A stretch of 64,000 bases of DNA. Origin: Mobula hypostoma. Taxonomy: Eukaryota. Of the stretch, positions 36,948 to 49,109 are shown piece by piece. Numbering within the stretch: position 1 is the stretch's first letter; each line of letters begins with the position of its first letter. Under the pieces are notes generated by a model, which was given only the letters and a program-made list of their open reading frames with translations, was not told where the DNA came from and did not search any database. The translations under genes and the position numbers were made by a program. Location: assembly GCF_963921235.1 (NCBI RefSeq), contig NC_086109.1, positions 32,738,001-32,802,000 on the forward strand, written 5' to 3'.

Positions 36948-39900
36948 TAATAAAGACATGATTCCCACCCAGAAGACAGCATTGTCTTTTAGTACTTCTA
37001 ATGAATCCTTAGGGTCTCATTTATGAACTTTTTGTTCCAATTCTTTCCTTTCTGAAAAATGAAATACAACATTATCTTAAAATTTCCTTTCTCCCATTCA
37101 TTCTCTATTGCCAGCTGAATGCATTCTGTAAAATTTTCTCTTCTCTGCTTCTATTCTTCAGACTGGGTATCCAGGAGTTTGGGCAGCTCTATTTACCCCA
37201 CTGTACATGATCTAAATGGAATCACCCAACAGTTCATCTCATGGTGCACACCAGTGTTGTTTCTAAACTGGAAGGGATTGTGTCTGACATTCAGTATTCA
37301 AATTCACCCATGGAGTCCAAATTTCCTACTTTCACTAACAACCACCTCCGATATATCTCAGTATCCTTCTCTCCTTAACTCAGTAAGCTACCAGAGAATA
37401 GCTGGTTAGTGTAAACATGAGACAAACAACATTTCTACTGCTCTTAGGCACAGCCAGACTGGTTATGCCCAGTTCAATACCAAGACACTTGCAAAGATTG
37501 CTTGGTTAAATGCTACAGTTCCTAATAGTTGCACATCCAGCAATATATTATACAAACTAATGATATTACAACAGAAGGTTACACCTGATTTCAAATATTT
37601 AGCGGCATTTTAGAATAAAATTCAGCATTGTAATGAAGTGAACCTTTTCAATAATTCTAGTTCTAACAATAAGTTAAATACAGTGGATTAATCTGAAATA
37701 CAACACCATTTTCACAAATAGAAGCTCACATGCCACTGTCATTGACCAAAGTGATTGCTTCAATTTCAAACAACCAATATAATTTCTGAAACAGTATTAC
37801 TTTATCCATTGTTCTACTTTGTAGTGTATGCTTTGAAATTCCAAAATTGGTGCTCCAATGGTTATTTTATGTTTTTCCTTTCAAAATAATAATCAGATTG
37901 TCATTCATACACAGTATCATACCGAGCATTGAAAGTAGTAGCAAATCTCTCGATATATATCATAATTAGATAGCAGGTACTAAAAAGAACATCTAAAAAG
38001 ATCATGAGGAGATCACTTGCAGAGATTCACACACATTCAGAGATCATAGCAGAGGACATAAATTATTTCTTTATACTTCATTCATTCTACTGATGGTTGT
38101 GATGAATGAAAATTTTTCTGCCCATTCTTCAAGGAACTGGCAGCTGGAAAAACAATATTTCCCAAAGTAGCAAAGGAACACACAAAGAAATTTTACATAG
38201 TATTACAACACTGAAACTGACCATTCTGGACAACATATTCATGATAATGTTAACGTTCCATACATAATTATATACCTTTCTCCCTCATAAGTCTCAGTTT
38301 CACATTAAATGCACTTGTCTTTATCCTTTTAATTACTCTCTGTGGCAATGATTTTCATGTGTTTGTTGAATAAATAAGTTTCTTGTGATAATCTTCCATT
38401 TATACCCAGCCTCAGTACTAAACTACTGTGCTAGTGGAAATGTCTCTGCATAAAAGTTTATCCCTAATCAGTGGTGCTAAATACATTAAATCGTAGTGGC
38501 ATCCCTGCTTCTGCCTTGTGTTCAAAGGAGTGGATTTTGGTAGCAGAGTACAACATGCTAACACCAAAATACTGTATATTATGTTTACACTAATGACCAA
38601 AAATGAACTTATAAGTACCTCACAACATTTCCTTGTTATCTCATTTCAAAGAGTCTTTTGGTACAAAGCCTCTCGGTAAAGCATTCCCCTATTTTGAAGT
38701 TATGCTGCACTGTCTCAAGTCCAAATCATTAATGTGAATGATGGATAACTGAACTTAGCGACTTTAGGAGAAGTTAAGGTTATTATTGAAGCTAAAATTG
38801 TAAGGTCCAATGCATATTCTGTAATTAAATGTGTATCTTCATTTCATTGTGTGATGTGAACCAATGTCAAAAGCAAAAAATGCTCTGCCTTTTAAAAATT
38901 ATAATTCATTATCATGTCACCACTCACTCTTGCTTATTCAATCTTCCCTGACAAGAAAAATCATTTAATCCTGACACCCTTCTAATTAAATTTCCTTTCA
39001 CCTTCTCAAGTGTTCCTACATTCATATTACAATACAATGATTAAGACTTTCATGTGGTCTTGCCAATGTTCTATATAAATTAAAAAGTCTCTGCTGTTTT
39101 CAAATGCATCACTACAGAAAAGAATCTCAAAGTTTGTTAATTTTTATTAATGTCATTACTTCTCACACTTTCTGTATACACTTTCAGACCCCTTTACCCA
39201 TTAAGCCACTTAATTTTCAATGAATTTATGACCTGTTTATACTTGCAATTGTAATTTTGAACTTCACAGATCGACTCTGAAGTTGATTTCCAGTGATACA
39301 CCCAACCTGAAGTTGATTATTGATTCTTATATATGTCATGAATTGCCTCTTGGTAAATCCTTCCCCTATTTTGAGACTGTCCACAGAATTTTGAAGTTAA
39401 GCTTCACTGACCCAACTCCAAATCATTTAGGTGAATGATGGGTAACTGTGAACTGGTTGACTTGAGGGGAAACTAAGGTTATCCTCGTAGCTCTCCAGTT
39501 GTCATTTGATTAGGATCAACCACAAAGGGAAATCTGTGGAAACATTGAAAAATAGATTCTGTGCTTTTGTGGCAGAACCTAATCAAAACGCATCATTTGT
39601 GTGATGAAAATCCATGTAATGAATGTAAGCAAGATAACAATGCTCATGGCTTCTCCATTTGTGACCATAAACACAGCTGCTTGGCCACCAAGTTTTGTGT
39701 CTCACAACCAATGCACAAACTAATAGCACAAAGACATTTATTATAATAAAGTAGCAGCACCAATTTAGCACAATTCCTGCAATCGTTTGAATATGATGGT
39801 GGTAGGGTGTCTATTGGATTCAGTTTATTCTAGTGAATCTAATACATGACAAGAGGAAAATTATTTAAAAGTGAGGAAGGAATTGCTTTACAAGATTACA

Positions 39901-40002
39901 GCCAGATTAACTCCATTGTTTGACTAAATTAGAAATTCAAAGATTACATAGTTTATTCACTTGTGTCAGATTTTCATTTCTCAATGCATGTTTTATTTTT
40001 AG

Positions 40003-40038
40003 AACAGAGTGCATCTGATGACAGCTCTCTGGAAGATG
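40003..40038 (+). CDS. INAVA: INAVA coding exon 5 (36-nt micro-exon)
   Basis: (E)QSASDDSSLED corresponds to the ELSASDDSSLSD I recall for human INAVA; ttttattttttag|...|gtaagt; phase 1 to 1. Confidence 0.88.
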
Positions 40039-40550
40039 GTAAGTTCTCAACATAAAGGGAAAAAATAGATGACAAATTGTGAAGTAAAACAGAGGAATGG
40101 GAAAGTGAGCAAAATGTAATACAAACTGCTAATTCACCATCACTCATTTGCCACCATAAGAAACATTTTTGAAAGTGACTTTGTGAATGTTTTTCAAGCT
40201 GGTAACTCACAAAAGGTCTAAAAATTTGCTCCCAGACTGAAAACAATTTATTGCAAATTAAACTAAATTAGAATCAGAATCATTGTTGGTTCATTGTCCG
40301 TTCACAAATATGATGACAGAGGGGAAGAAGCTGTTCCTGAAACGTTGAGTGTGTGTCTTCAGTTTCCTGTACCAACTTCATGATGGTAGCATGAGAACAG
40401 GGCATGTCCAGGGTGATGATGTTAATGATGGATGTTGTTTTTGAGCTATCACCTTTGGAAGATGCAAAGGTCCTTAATGTGAAGATCAGTTTTTGCCAGT
40501 AGTTTTGCATGTCTATCACGTGGTGATAATCAAGTTGCCAGGGTTTTGTA

Positions 40551-41038
40551 TGGGGGTGATTGATAAGTTCGTGGCCTAAGATAGAAGGAGTCACTTTTAG
40601 AAAACCTAGCATGTTTACTTTTCTTACATTTATACACTTTCAACATAGTCCCCTCCTACATGTACACACTTAGTCCAGTGGTCGTGGAGCATATGGATCC
40701 CTTCTTTGTAGAAGTGGTCCGCAGCAGGGGTGATAGAGAAGTTTGTGGCCTAGGGTAGAGATGAGTTATTAACTTCAAACTTTCTGCATTTTCACTCAAA
40801 GAGTTGAACTGCACTTGCATGTAACGAGAGCTGTATAACTCATCTCCTTCTACCCTAGGCCACGAACTTTTCAATCACCCCTGCTGCGGACCACTTCTAC
40901 AAAGAAGGGATCCATATGCTCCACGACCACTGGACTAAGTGCGTACATGTAGGAGGGGACTATGTTGAAAAATAAATGTGCTAGATTTTCTAAAATTGTC
41001 CTTCTACCTTAAGCCACAAACTTATCAATCACCCCTCG
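40551..41038. mobile_element. Mariner-type fold-back MITE (488 bp, ~200-bp arms, TA TSD)
   Basis: TA|TGGGGGTGATTGATAAGTTCGTGGCCTAAG ... CTTAAGCCACAAACTTATCAATCACCCCTCG|TA, with internal copies of the terminal motif at ~40727 and ~40845-40881. Confidence 0.9.
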
Positions 41039-41262
41039 TACGACCTACCATACTTACCTCGTCCAATCCATGCTTCACTTGACCCATCCTTGAAGTTGTC
41101 CTAAATAGTAATTCAACCTAGGAGTAATCAGGGTGGACATTAAATTCAGAACTTGCTGTTAATGTCAACATCTCATGAATCAATAAATACAAATCATTTG
41201 ACCAGAAGGGAATATTTTTTTAAATATCTGTTTTTTTTCTCTCCATTGTTTGATTTCTGCAG

Positions 41263-41524
41263 ATGTAAGACAGATCCACAGCCGTTGTTCATCGACAGAA
41301 TTCTTGTCAGCTACTCATGAAGTGCAGAGGAGTAACTCACCACTGGCTCTTCTACAGTCCAGCAGACCAGCTCCACCCCAAAGTCTGGAAGGACTTGCTC
41401 CAGGCTGTTATCAGGGCAGTGACTATGACAGATCGCCCATCATGGACAGAGCCTGGGCAGAATCTAATCTGGATGAACCATATGAGAAAATGAAAAGACG
41501 TTCATCTTTAAATTGCAAGACAAG
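41263..41524 (+). CDS. INAVA: INAVA coding exon 6
   Basis: ...SSRPAPPQSLEGL...DRSPIMDRAWAESNLDEPYEKMKRRSS matches the family motif RP.PPQ.LEGL...W.E..LD.PYEK; ttctgcag|...|gtatac; phase 1 to 2. Confidence 0.92.
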
Positions 41525-43030
41525 GTATACAGTAGCTTGTATTTATTTGCCAGTCATCTCAATGTGAGTGCTTTTAAAGTTTTTGGCAGAGTTCCTCAAA
41601 TTATCAACACTTTTGATTTTCTGATTGTGCAAGAGAAACATTGGAACATGAATTGAAAATCCCATATCAAACTGGGTCGCTGGATTGATTCCTGGGATGA
41701 GGGATTGGCTGATAAAAAGATTAAGCGGGCACAGCGTTTTTTTCTTTATAGTGCAGAATAATGAGATGTTATCTCATTGAAACATTCAAAATGCTTACAG
41801 GGCTTGATGGTTAGATGCAGATTAACTGTTACCCCGCGTAGCATTTACAGAACCAGAGATCACCGTCTCCAGAAGAGGTCAGCCTTGCCAAACTGAGATG
41901 AGAACAAATTTCTCTAGCCAGGAGATGGCTGCACTCTTTGGAGTTCTCTTCCCCATGGATGTTCAATCAGTGAAAGTACTTGGGAAAGAGATCAACAGAT
42001 TTTTGGTTTGCATGCAAATCAAGTGATCTGGGGTCAGAGCAGAAAAATGGTGCTTATGTAAAAAAAACATATCCATGTTACGAATATTACGAAGTGCCAA
42101 ATCCCTGCTTCTATGTCTTATCAAAGATCTGGAAAATAGCTAAAATATCCCCCAAAGGCCTCTAGCTTTTTGTTTTGTAATGTTCAATGTCTATCTGGAG
42201 CTGTCCATCATCTACAAATTGGAATTTTTAATTTTTTAATGAAATATTTTTCCTTTCAGTTGTTTTGGAAATTATTAGCACAATATCAAATGAAATAAGT
42301 ATTTTATTTACATAAATAAGTAATATTAATAATCAGATTAGCAACAATAGATGCTTGATGGTCAGCATAGATGTATAATTCTTTGTAGCATATGACTCTT
42401 TGACTCCATGACTCTAAATTAGTAAGTTATGTAACCTTTCCTTAACAGTAGTACCTGAAGTAATCTGAACTATTATGTCTTTTCCTCTGAGACACTACAT
42501 CCTTATCAACTGTCTGTAACATGCCCCAGTATCATTCAAGACAGTCTTCTGGTTTTCCCTTACCATTGTAGTATGATTTGTTCTCTTTGTCTCTCAGAGT
42601 GAAAACTTCAGATGCTCCTTGATGTTGTCTTACTTGCAACAAAAACAACTGAGGGGAGATTGAATACAGATGTGTAAGATTATCGCTTGTTTCGAGAGGG
42701 TAAACAGAGAGAAACTTTGTTCCTTTGGCAGATGGTTCTAGGCATCGGGGGCACAGGTTTAAAATTTTAGATATAGGTACAAGCAAGACACGAGAGAAAA
42801 CTTTTATTACGCAGAGAGCATGTTGATTTGGAAATCACCTGTTGAGGTGGTGGAAAGACAATCAATCCAGAGAGAATATACATAACAGGGCAATGTGAAG
42901 CATTAGGATAATGGGTCTGATGGAATTGCAATGAGTCAACACAGGTTCAATGGGTTGAAAGGCTTTCTTCTATTGAAAGTAAAAATGACTTTGAACTGCT
43001 TGAATAACACTTAATGCATTGAATGCTTCA

Positions 43031-43090
43031 TCTCTCTCTCTCACACACACACACTCTCTCTCTGTCACACTCTCTCACACATACACACAC
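43031..43090. repeat. Compound (CT)n/(CA)n microsatellite
   Basis: TCTCTCTCTCTCACACACACACACTCTCTCTCTGTCACACTCTCTCACACATACACACAC. Confidence 0.9.
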
Positions 43091-44264
43091 TTACTTTTAG
43101 TAACAATATCATTGAATTCCTTACCTTACTTTCTCTTGTCACATTTTTTTCCATTAAGATCACCCATACCATCCCTTTATTATCTTGTGACACAAATATA
43201 CTTCTAGATTCTATATTCTCTAGATCAGTAATTCTCAGTGTTGGCCATATGGTCCCCTGGGGCAGCTAAACTGAATTTTGTAGAGGTCACAAGTAAAAAG
43301 CAAGGAATTGGGGGCCACTGGATTTTCTAAACGGGCCATGATAAGTGAAAATAAGTGAATAAACTGTATGTGTGCAATTTAATTGGAACCCTCAATGAAA
43401 TGAATGGGAATATATGCTAGAAGATGCAAATGAGGAAGCAAAACAGCTGTGCGTGTGGGAGGGGGGTGCGGCACGTCAGTTGTTATCTCTGCTCCTGCTT
43501 GGCCTCACACGAATCACCGTTCACACTCTGCAGGACAGCCTGCTAACCCCGCTCCACATCCACCTCAATATACTGATTATAGAGTAAGCACTTCTGATGA
43601 CGTATGTTAAGTCTTTGTATAATGATCAGGCCAGTGAGAAAATGCTTTCTGCAGCGAGGTACCGAGGGTGAAATTACTTTTGAAGAAGTCAAGAGCTATT
43701 TCTTGGAAAACAATATTCCACTGCGAAATATATTGGCTTGTGTATCTGGTGGTGCTGCTTCGATGGTAGGAAGATACAGGGGATTCATTGCTCGTTTAAA
43801 AAATGCTGTGTCTGACACTTATTTGCATACACTGTGGCATCCACCATCCGCACTTGTTGCAAAAAAATTGGGAGGACGTTTGCATGTGACCCTGGATGTC
43901 AACTTATCAAATCAAATGCACTTCAAGATAGTCTTTTTCAACAACTTTGTGAGGAAAACGAAGAAGATTTTGAATGGCTACTAAATGCATACAGTGGGCA
44001 GATGGTTTTTGATTTCATCACTTTGTTGTACTTTGGGATAGTATTGTAGCACTTCTAAGCGATAAGCAGCTTTGAGAACAGATTATCGCTGCTAAGTCAG
44101 ACACATTTTACCTGTCATATATATTTGAAAAACTGATTTATTAAGCAAACAGTTACTAGAAAGAAAACTATAATCTCATATCATGTAAAGAGCCTGCTAC
44201 CGCTTTCCTTGGAAAACTCAAACTTTTCAGCAGCAATATTGGACATGGGGGGTTTATACGATTT

Positions 44265-46284
44265 CATAGAAACATAGAAAATAGGTGCAGGAGTAGGCCA
44301 TTCGGCCCTTCGAGCCTGCACCGCCATTTATTATGATCATGGCTGATTATCCAACTCAGAACCCCGCCCCAGCCTTCCCTCCATACCCTCTGACCCCTGT
44401 AGCCACAAGGGCCATATCTAACTCCCTCTTAAACATAGCCAATGAACTGGCCTCAACAGTTTGCTGTGGCAGAGAATTCCACAGATTCACCACTCTCTGT
44501 GTGAAGAAGTTTTTCCTAATCTCGGTCCTAAAAGGCTTCCCCTCTATCCTCAAACTGTGACCCCTCGTTCTGGACTTCCCCAACATCAGGAACAATCTTC
44601 CTGCATCTAGCCTGTCCAATCCCTTTAGGATCTTATACGTTTCAATCAGATCCCCCCTCAATCTTCTAAATTCCAATGAGTACAAGCCCAGTTCATCCAG
44701 TCTTTCTACATATGAAAGTCCTGCCATCCCAGGAATCAATCTGGTGAACCTTCTTTGTACTCCCTCTATGGCAAAGATGTCTTTCCTCAGTTTAGGGGAC
44801 CAAAACTGCACACAATACTCCAGGTGTGGTCTCACCAAGGCCTTGTACAACTGCAGTAGTACCTCCCTGCTCCTGTACTCGAATCCTCTCGCTATAAATG
44901 CCAGCATACCATTCGCCTTTTTCACCCCCTGCTGTACCTGCATGCCCACTTTCAATGACTGGTGTATAATGACACCCAGGTCTCGTTGCACCTCCCCTTT
45001 TCCTAATCGGCCACCATTCAGATAATAATCTGTTTTCCTATTTTTGCCACTAAAGTGGATAACTTCACATTTATCCACATTAAATTGCATCTGCCATGAG
45101 TTTGCCCACTCACCCAACCTATCCAAGTCACCCTGCATCCTCTTAGCATCCTCCTCACTGCTAACACTGCCGCCCAGCTTCGTGTCATCCGCAAACTTGG
45201 AAATGCTGCATTTAATTCCCTCATCCAAGTCATTAATATATATTGTAAACAACTGGGGTCCCAGCACTGAGCCTTGCGGTACCCCACTAGTCACCGCCTG
45301 CCATTCTGAAAAGGTCCCGTTTATTCCCACTCTTTGCTTCCTGTCTGCTAACCAATTCTCCACCCACACCAATACCTTACCCCCAATACCGTGTGCTTTA
45401 AGTTTGCACACTAATCTCCTGTGTGGGACCTTGTCAAAAGCCTTTTGAAAATCCAAATATACCACATCCACTGGTTCTCCCCTATCCACTCTACTAGTTA
45501 CATCCTCAAAAAATTCTATGAGATTCGTCAGACATGATTTTCCTTTCACAAATCCATGCTGACTTTGTCCGATCATTTCTCCGCTTTCCAAATGTGCTGT
45601 TATCACATCCTTGATAACTGACTCCAGCAGTTTCCCCACCACCGACGTTAGGCTAACCGGCCTATAATTCCCCGGATTCTCTCTCCCTCCTTTTTTAAAA
45701 ATTGGGGTTACATTAGCCACCCTCCAATCCTCAAGAACTAGTCCAGAATCTAACGAGTTTTGAAAAATTATCACTAATGCATCCACTATTTCTTGGGCTA
45801 CTTCCTTAAGCACTCTAGGATGCAGACCATCTGGCCCTGGGGATTTATCTGCCTTCAATCCCTTCAATTTACCTAACACCACTTCCCTACTAACATGTAT
45901 TTCACTCAGTTCCTCCATCTCACTGGACCCTCTGTCCCTTACTATTTCTGGAAGATTATTTATGTCCTCCTTAGTGAAGACAGAACCAAAGTAATTATTC
46001 AATTGGTCTGCCATGTTCTTGCTCCCCATAATCAATTCACCTGTTTCTGTCTGCAGGGGACCTACATTTGTCTTTACCAGTCTTTTCCTTTTTACATATC
46101 TATAAAAGCTTTTACAGTCCGTTTTTATGTTCTCTGCCAGTTTTCTCTCATAATCTTTTTTCCCCTTCCTAATTAAGCCCTTTGTCCTCCTCTGCTGAAC
46201 TCTGAATTTCTCCCAGTCCTCAGGTGAGCCACTTTCTCTGGCTAATTTGTATGCTACTTCTTTGGAATTGATACTATCCCTAAT
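44265..46284 (-). mobile_element. Young CR1 LINE, 5'-truncated, with uninterrupted RT reading frame (~640 codons)
   Basis: ORF to 44356 contains KSPGPDGLHP, NYRPVSLTSV, QHGFVKGKSCLTNL, YLDFQKAFD, GVPQGSVLGP and FADDTK; (CATAGAAA)n tail. The endonuclease domain is absent. Confidence 0.97.
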
Positions 46285-46827
46285 AATGTAATAATGGCTT
46301 CTCTGGCCACTCTTAAAATAGAATTGCAAGATGGTGATCTGATTGTATATCTTGATTCATTTGAAACAATTTCACGCTGATATGGAATTTTGGTCAGAGT
46401 CCTGCTGGAGATACATATTCGAGATTGGATGGTGGATCCATTTGTGGTGAATGTGAATGCTGTTGACACCACATTGCAAGAATGTCCTATTGAGCTGCAG
46501 GGGTTATAACCACTTCAAGCAAAATTTCTGGTTAACTTTTAATAACTAGTGATATTCAAAATAAGTTTCTGGGAGAAAGCAAAGTTGTTTTTAATTAGAT
46601 TTCCCATCTGTTACCTAGTTGAATATGGTTTTAGTCAAGCTCTTCAACTGCTATCAAACCGGTCTTGATGTTGTGAAGAGAGGTTATCTTCAGTTATCTT
46701 TAACCAAGTTGTAACTAGATATTCAAAAACTTGCTAGTTTGCATCAGTCACAAGGATCTCATTAAATACCGAAAGTAACAACCTAAAGTAGGCTTTTTCA
46801 TTGCTGGTTGGAAGAATAGTACGTATA

Positions 46828-48102
46828 TGATGAATAAACTCTTCTCGGGCTTCCAGTCTGGTACAGGTATTGATTTTAACCAATGTTTCGATGGCGAACT
46901 CTACCATCTTCATCAGTAATGATGACTTGGCTTGTCTAGTCCGGTGGTATTTATACCCCTTTCATTCATCCCTCCTGATTGGTTAGTCCTCATCCAATCA
47001 GGTTTCTGCTGTCCCACCTTGTTCACAATCAAATTCCAGTTCTTACTTAAAGCGAGACTTTCATCTTTGTTAAAATTCTTTTCCTCTAGCTTTATTTCAA
47101 TGGCTTCCTTCACCGGGTAGTCCCAAAAGCCAATTGCATGGCACAGTAGTTTTGTGCGGTCAAAATCCATCCTCTAGCCATTGCGAATCCAGTGTTCTAC
47201 TACTGCCAATTTTCCAGGTAACCCAAATTGATACACCTCCTGTTCTCGTTGATGCGTGTTTCCACCGTGCATCCCATCTGGCCAATATACACTGCTCCGC
47301 ATTCACAGGGAATCCTGTAAACGCTAGCCGACCTGAGTCCCTGGTCATCTTTGGACCGCATAAGCTGTGGACTGAGCTTTCTTATGGGTTTGTGGATGAT
47401 ATTAATCCGATATTTCTTCAGAATCCTTCCAAAAACCAAGGAAATATATAGAAAACAAGGAGTAGCGACGGGTTCCTCCTCATTGTTAGGTTTCCCCGTT
47501 TTTCTGTCGGCCCCTTTAAGGGCCCAATTGATTTACTCCACTTTGTAGCCATTCTGTAGGAACGTTGTACATAATCATTTTATTTCCTCGTGGAGATCCT
47601 CTGTGTCTGAAATAGTTTTCATACGGTTAGTCAAAGTAGAAAGAACTGCTCTATGTTGGGAGGCATGAAGGTGGTTGTTATTGTTGAGGTATAAGTCCAT
47701 GTGAATGGGTTTCCGATAGACACCTTGTCCAGTTTCTATCATATTAGAACATCTAGGAATGGGAGTCAATCTTTCTTCTACATCTCCATTCTAAATCGAA
47801 TGTTTGGGATGTAGGCTGTTCAGATGGTTGTTGAACTGTTGGAGTGCCTGGAGTCCATAAGGCCACACTACAAAGGTGTCACCGACATAACTGAAGAAGC
47901 ATTTGATGTGGACTAACCATCCAGGAGGGATGGACGACGGGGCTATAAACACCACTGGACTAGACATGCCCAAACGTCATCCCTGATGAAGATGGCAGAG
48001 TTTGTCATTGAAACGTCGGTTAAAATCAATACCTGTACCCGGCTAGAACTTTGATAAGAGTTTATTCATCATCCACGCTGGGAATGCACTAGATTCTTTA
48101 TC
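46828..48102 (-). mobile_element. Penelope/Poseidon-type PLE (family 2), 5'-truncated, inverted pLTRs, ~11-bp TSD
   Basis: Minus peptides YVGDTFVVWP, LPFLDVLI, VYRKPIHMDLYLNNNNH, SVYRIPCECGAVYIGQ (GIY-YIG) and KEAIEIK..NFNKDE. Inverted ~170-bp repeats at 46827-46998 and 47901-48072. AGTACGTATAT (46818-46828) versus AGTATGTATAT (48103-48113). Confidence 0.9.
47978..48021 (+). ncRNA. Hammerhead ribozyme-like motif (PLE family 2); more degenerate inverted copy at 46878-46920(-)
   Basis: CTGATGA(47983-47989)-A-GATGGCAG(AGT)TTGTCATT-GAAA(48010-48013)-CGTC-GG: long stem II, the same GAAACGTC junction as family 1, weak stem I. Confidence 0.65.
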
Positions 48103-49109
48103 AGTATGTATATTATGAATAATGTATCCTATTCAGAGCTTTGAAATAGTTTTATTTTTCATATACACCTGTAACATTATATATAACATATAATAGCCTG
48201 TTAAAACATAAGTATTGATTGTATATTTGAATTATTAGTGCAGTTAACTGAAAAAAAATCAGCAATTAACAGAAACCATGGAGGGTGGGGGCTCAGTGGT
48301 AAATGAAAGTCACAAGTGGGTCACGAGCCGAAAACGCATGAGAACCACTGACAAGTGGTTGGTAAAAACACTTGTTTCTATCTAAAAGCTAATTATCTTA
48401 GCCTAGGTCTTATTGTGGATTATTACTAGCTACAGTCTTACTTTGCTTTCATTTCTTTGTTGCAAATAACTTTTCCTTCTCCCCTTATTATTGCCATAAA
48501 TACACCACTGTCTACACTACCTGAATTAATTATCTGTGAACTAGACTACTACTTTTAGCACTTTTCTTTTATATCTGTAGCTTGATACTTTAGACTTCAG
48601 ATTAACACATTACTTTTGAAACTCTCAATTTCGCAACTTTAAACTTAATCTATCTAACAACTACTATGACATTAGATAGAACAAATATTTTCAAAAATTG
48701 AAGCTCTGATGTGCCCTCCTCTTCGAGGTGATAACCTACTGTTCATACTTGTTACTCTTACCCATGAATGTTCACTGATAGTTCAGTTAGACCACACTTT
48801 TGAAATCAGAAATAAATGCCCAGGTGCTGGAGGAACTGCATCAAATTTGTCTGACAACAGACAAAACCAAAATAGAAACTAAGGCATATTCTTAGTTTAT
48901 GTCTGAACTGACAACGTCTACTTGTTCTTTAAACGTGAACCAGTTTTGCATGTTTGACAGCATGACTTGTCATCATATATTCTAGTGGAACCTGTGAGAA
49001 GCATACTTGTGAATTGTGAACCAGAAAACTAGGTTGAGCATGGAATATAGCTCTGAAGTCAGTTCAGCAGACGTATAGATTAAGTTAATTAACTTATTAA
49101 CTTATTTTT

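Larger units (their letters stand above)
43226..48350 (+). mobile_element. Decayed hAT (Charlie/Buster group) transposon hosting a nested CR1 and a nested PLE
   Basis: Ends CAGTAATTCTCA (43226, preceded by the Charlie-type target CTCTAGAT) and TGAGAACCACTG (48350). Transposase remnants FEEVKSYFLENNIPLRNILACVSGGAASMVGRYRGFIARLK (43680-43800) and FPICYLVEYGFSQ...RGYLQLSLT..IQKLASLHQSQGSH* (46600-46765). The right-hand TSD is not recognisable. Confidence 0.82.

Noticed and set aside
44356..46329. 657-aa ORF as a host or domesticated gene
   Set aside because: It is a 5'-truncated CR1 ORF2. The first ~15 codons come from flanking hAT sequence, it starts at a non-ATG codon, and near-identical copies occur nearby.
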